From assembly GCA_965644295.1 (NCBI GenBank), contig CBFFRP010000336.1:1-37633 (forward strand): DNA of 37,633 nt. Reading direction: 5' to 3'. Source of the DNA: Paraphysomonas bandaiensis (Eukaryota > Protista > Chrysophyceae). Below, one piece after another: positions 33,755-37,633 of this stretch (its first letter is position 1; every line of letters starts with the position of its first letter). The translations under genes were made by a program, and so were the position numbers. The notes beneath the pieces are model-generated. The model was not told the origin of the DNA. It was given only the letters and a program-made list of their open reading frames with translations, and searched no databases.

Positions 33755-35377
33755 ATGTCTACTCCGACTGGTAAAACGAGGAGAGGCGGCAAGAAAACTC
33801 CTGGGAAAGATCAGGAAGCCGCTGGTAGTGGTGAAACCAAACAAGATGCTGCTGGAGGTGTGCAGGATGTCGTTCAGGAGTCTTCTGCTCCAAACATCAA
33901 TCCAAACCAGGAGATTTTGGACACAGTTCGTGCCATGTCTCAGTCTTTTACAGAGGTGGCTACTGCAGTGTCTAACCTCAGCAGCAGGATGCAAATATTG
34001 GAGAATAGAGTACAAAATGTTGAGGATGGTGAGAGCAGTCAGTCTCAGGCTTCTGTGGGCTCACATCAGCGGCAAAAGGTTACCAAGCGCACGTCGAAAC
34101 ACAAACGTCAGCCGAGGTATTCCACTCTGGAAAACATGGCTAAGTTTCGCATTATTCCTCAGGAGGAAGATAGCAACAAGGAGGACGATGGTTCGAATCC
34201 CGATGTTGATGGTGATGGTGTTAATGATGTGCCTACCCTCATGGATAACATCTTCAAGGGCAAGAAAGCGGGCAAGTTATTCAGGGATTTGAAGAAAAGT
34301 TCCGAAGTGGCTAGTGCCAAAACAGTTACCATAACTAGAGAGGAAAGGAGGTGTCATGTTCGCATCAATGACTTTAAGTTGGGTAAAGTGGCGAAAGCGA
34401 TCAAAGACATCTTAGAGTTTCAAGAGCAAGAAGAAACTGAGGTGCGAATTCAAAAGGTACTTTCAACCAGTTTGAAGGCACATCTGCGGAATGTGTACAG
34501 CATCACACATGCGCAGCTAGCACAAATGGATGTTTCGGATTTGCTTCTCATTGTGGCTCAGGAGACCAAGGTGTTCAATTGCGTGGCATTTTATAATGAA
34601 CTCAGAGATTCCTTGAAACATATCCAGATCATGGACTGGAAGTATGTAAATGCTGTGACTTTTGAGGCATTCTATCATCAGCAATTGAACTTGATGCAGT
34701 CGTTCCAAACAATGTTGTCTATCATGTTGGTCTCAAACAAAACATGGTGTCCTCGTATCGATGACAAAGAGTACGGATTGATAAGACTCTTTAAGACTTT
34801 GAATGACGGGACCTATGTTAAGTATGTGTTGGGGTGCATGTCGACTAATAAATTTGACTCTATGAGCGAATTATTCAAAGAGTATTCGGCTGTACTCTTG
34901 GATCATTATCAAGTAACCATCGCGTACCGACAGTTACCTATGGAGTCGACTACGATGTTTCAACAGAAGCACGAGGACTATCTTAAGAGGAGAAAGGAAC
35001 TATTCTCTCAACAGTCCAACAAGCCTTCGTTGAACAGTCGTGTTGATTCTAAACCAAGGGTTTCGCAAGTGTCACATCTAGATACTTACGATGAGTCTGG
35101 TGCAAACTATAACGATGAGTGGGATGATAATGATGGGTATGTACCCAATGATGATGATTTGTGGGATGCTCCGAGTGAGACTTGGCGGTCCAGCAATCTG
35201 GAGGTACATGACGATAAACAAGTCGCTATGATGACAGATGTGAAACCAATGTCGGGTAAGGACGCAGCAGTTGATGAGGAGCGTCGTTTTAACTCAGATA
35301 GGTCTCTGTCAGCCATGCATTCCAGACCCACTGTAACCCTGGGGGTTTATATAGTAGCAAGTGTAGTAGTGAAATAG
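33755..35377 (+). CDS. Intronless ~540-aa ORF, probably a retrotransposon Gag-like protein, truncated near 35331
   Basis: Disordered N-terminus, coiled coil (VRAMSQSFTEVATAVSNLSSRMQILENRV), helical core, acidic tail; long GT-rich leader; no canonical motif recognised. Confidence 0.5.
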   Translation: MSTPTGKTRRGGKKTPGKDQEAAGSGETKQDAAGGVQDVVQESSAPNINPNQEILDTVRAMSQSFTEVATAVSNLSSRMQILENRVQNVEDGESSQSQASVGSHQRQKVTKRTSKHKRQPRYSTLENMAKFRIIPQEEDSNKEDDGSNPDVDGDGVNDVPTLMDNIFKGKKAGKLFRDLKKSSEVASAKTVTITREERRCHVRINDFKLGKVAKAIKDILEFQEQEETEVRIQKVLSTSLKAHLRNVYSITHAQLAQMDVSDLLLIVAQETKVFNCVAFYNELRDSLKHIQIMDWKYVNAVTFEAFYHQQLNLMQSFQTMLSIMLVSNKTWCPRIDDKEYGLIRLFKTLNDGTYVKYVLGCMSTNKFDSMSELFKEYSAVLLDHYQVTIAYRQLPMESTTMFQQKHEDYLKRRKELFSQQSNKPSLNSRVDSKPRVSQVSHLDTYDESGANYNDEWDDNDGYVPNDDDLWDAPSETWRSSNLEVHDDKQVAMMTDVKPMSGKDAAVDEERRFNSDRSLSAMHSRPTVTLGVYIVASVVVK

Positions 35378-35565
35378 GGTATTCAACAACAAGAAGAGAG
35401 TCAACAACAGAAGAAGGACAGCAAACAGTACAAGATAATTATTTACGAAGGAAGTGCAAACATCTAGCCACGAGTCACGGAATTACAACAAGCCATTCAC
35501 ACTGAAGTGCATACTTGCGGCTACTCTAGGCAGTTATTAATATCACGACACTCAAAACACGTTAC
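35332..35565 (+). repeat. Possible solo-LTR remnant
   Basis: Begins TGTAAC where the gag-like ORF changes composition and ends GTTAC; no clean TSD. Confidence 0.3.
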
Positions 35566-36713
35566 CCAGTATCTCTACTACTTGCAATACATGTGAAGCC
35601 AGCCGACTGCACCTGTTGTTTTACGACGTAGAGGCAATAAGGGCAATGGAGAGAGACTTAGGTAGCATCAACGTGATGTACACACAATTCTCTCTGCATC
35701 ATCCTCAGAACAGCATAAGAAGGGATCTTCAGATGTTGCTAGTACATCCTGAACATAAATGTCTCAAGTTAAGTGCAGAACTATGGATGTACACAGCCCA
35801 ATACCTCTGTGAGCTGCATTTTCATGATGGTGCTCTGGATGTGGAGATGAGCAGGAGTTAGGACCATTCAAGAGCATACTATAGACGCTATGCATGGTGA
35901 TGCTGCTAAGCAGGCATAGTGGGTGGCTATTATGGCAAGCGTGTGGCTTAAAGAGGAATATATGGAGAGAGTAAAGATGCAATAAGTTTTATATGAGTTT
36001 AGGGAGTATGATAAAGAGCAGTAGACTATCAGCGGATACGGTATCACGTTACTCATTTTAGTTAGCTGTTTTTCAGTTTTATCACTATGGTTTTATTTCA
36101 GTTTTATGCGTAGTTTCAGTTTTATACGCTGTTATTCAGTTTTGTTTTATTGTCAGAATACGTGTGGTATACACGGTGTATGCAAGAATGCATGCGGTGT
36201 GGTGTGTGTGATATAAAATGGACTTGGTTCATTCTGTAGATGCGTACCATTCTATATGTTATTCCTTGCATGTCATTGTTTTAAGTTACTTGACACTGTC
36301 TTAACAGCGACCTTTATTCTTAGAGGGAATACTGCGCGGCGTTATCTAGCGGATATCGTTGACCGTGTTAGGTGATTTAACAGTAATAATAAGTGTTTAC
36401 TCATACCTTATTATACATTTTGTTGGGAGCAAACCAGCAAGTCTGGTTTGTGTACAGTAATATTACTTTTAGTCCCACAAGGCCTTTTATATTGCGTAGT
36501 AGTGTAATAGAAAATTATCATCTACATTGGAAGTCATTGACCATTGTGGGAGCGAAGTTTGAAGCAACAATATCTCATCTTGTACTGTGCCTGCGGACAA
36601 GCACGTCAAGACAGTAGATTTGTTACAGAGAGCTTAGCATTCACATAGGACAAAGACAACCACCAGTAGCTAGTCTGATAGTAAGATACAATTGTCTTAG
36701 CATATAGACAGTA

Positions 36714-37085
36714 ATGGATGTCAATCAAGACGAAGCCACAGACCTGCAGCGTCTAATGCAGGGATTCGTAGAGCAAATAACGGGTGCTGTAAATACTCTA
36801 ACTGAGACAGTAGCTGGGGTAAAAGATGATGTAGCTGGGCTCAAGCACGACGTAGCTGAGGTCAGCGATGAGCTCAAGGAATTGAGAGTAAGAGTAGCTG
36901 TCCTGGAAGGGACTTATTCATTTCCGGAACCATCTCCTCCTAGAAATTCACCAGCACCTGCCAGTGAACTTAGCCAGGAAGAAGCCGTAGAAGCGGCAAA
37001 GCCGAAACAAGGACCTGCTGAGAAGCAAAAGAAGGGTAGACCTTTGCAATGGAACTCAGGTTGGGACCTGAGAGCCAAACTCTAA
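36714..37085 (+). pseudogene. N-terminal fragment of a second coiled-coil Gag-like ORF
   Basis: Heptad run VNTLTETVAGVKDDVAGLKHDVAEVSDELKELRVRVAVLE then a P/S-rich linker, the same layout as the ORF at 33755; frame ends early. Confidence 0.4.
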
Positions 37086-37633
37086 ATAAGCTAAAACACG
37101 CTTTAAGAGAGAGAATGTTGCTTATTATTAACCTATACTACTTCTGCAGTACTAAATGCTTCTCGGCACCCCAAGAAACTAAAGCACAACTCACCAGCTA
37201 TGCAGTTCAGTACTAAACAGAAAAGTGACGAGCTACAACAACCAACAAAGAGAGAACAAGCTTAACTAAAAAGAATGACGATGCGCTTGAGCGTTGACAG
37301 CCACACAGTGACTAAATCCAAATTTTCTGCGAAGGAGTGACGATATTTATGAATATTCTTGGAGAATTCTTCTTCTTCATACTCTACACATTAATGTATG
37401 GACTCTGCCGTATACACTCTCAACTGCTGCTCATCTAAACGATAATGGGCACTCGACCAATCAGCATTGAGAATAGGGAAAGCATTGGTTCAGTATTCGC
37501 TTCCTGTATTTATACAGTGTAGGGTACAGTATACTGATACTGTATACCTACGAGTGATATAGACGCATACATACGATAGAGGAATACTGCAAATACATCA
37601 TATACAGTATATACGGTATACAGTGCGGTTGCT

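Noticed and set aside
1394-36617. The many 60-150-aa ORFs in the track
   Set aside because: Antisense or alternate-frame shadows of real coding regions, or low-complexity sequence, often with non-ATG starts.

Overview
Eukaryotic nuclear DNA (GT-AG introns of 45-51 nt; probably a stramenopile-like protist, which is inference) that is mostly transposon-derived. The left 15 kb is a three-level nest: a Ty1/Copia LTR retrotransposon (288-15008, TSD TACAT) whose 5' LTR is split by an 8.36-kb TIR element with a TA target duplication (516-8876). That element contains a 5.9-kb TIR element with a 3-bp CTA duplication (1175-7084), carrying a decayed GHT-x-EDID-type putative transposase and four copies of a 347-bp unit that folds into a multi-branched RNA-like structure on the minus strand. 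One intact host gene (17142-20100, 7 exons, about 889 aa) encodes an unusual ACBP-PH-START-transmembrane-2-oxoacid-dehydrogenase-E2-like fusion lacking the catalytic His. The right half holds a decayed second Copia, a palindrome with ~860-bp arms, a 2565-bp-offset duplication containing Gypsy-like LTR/gag fragments, and further gag-like ORFs. All family assignments come from motif recognition by eye; no searches were run.
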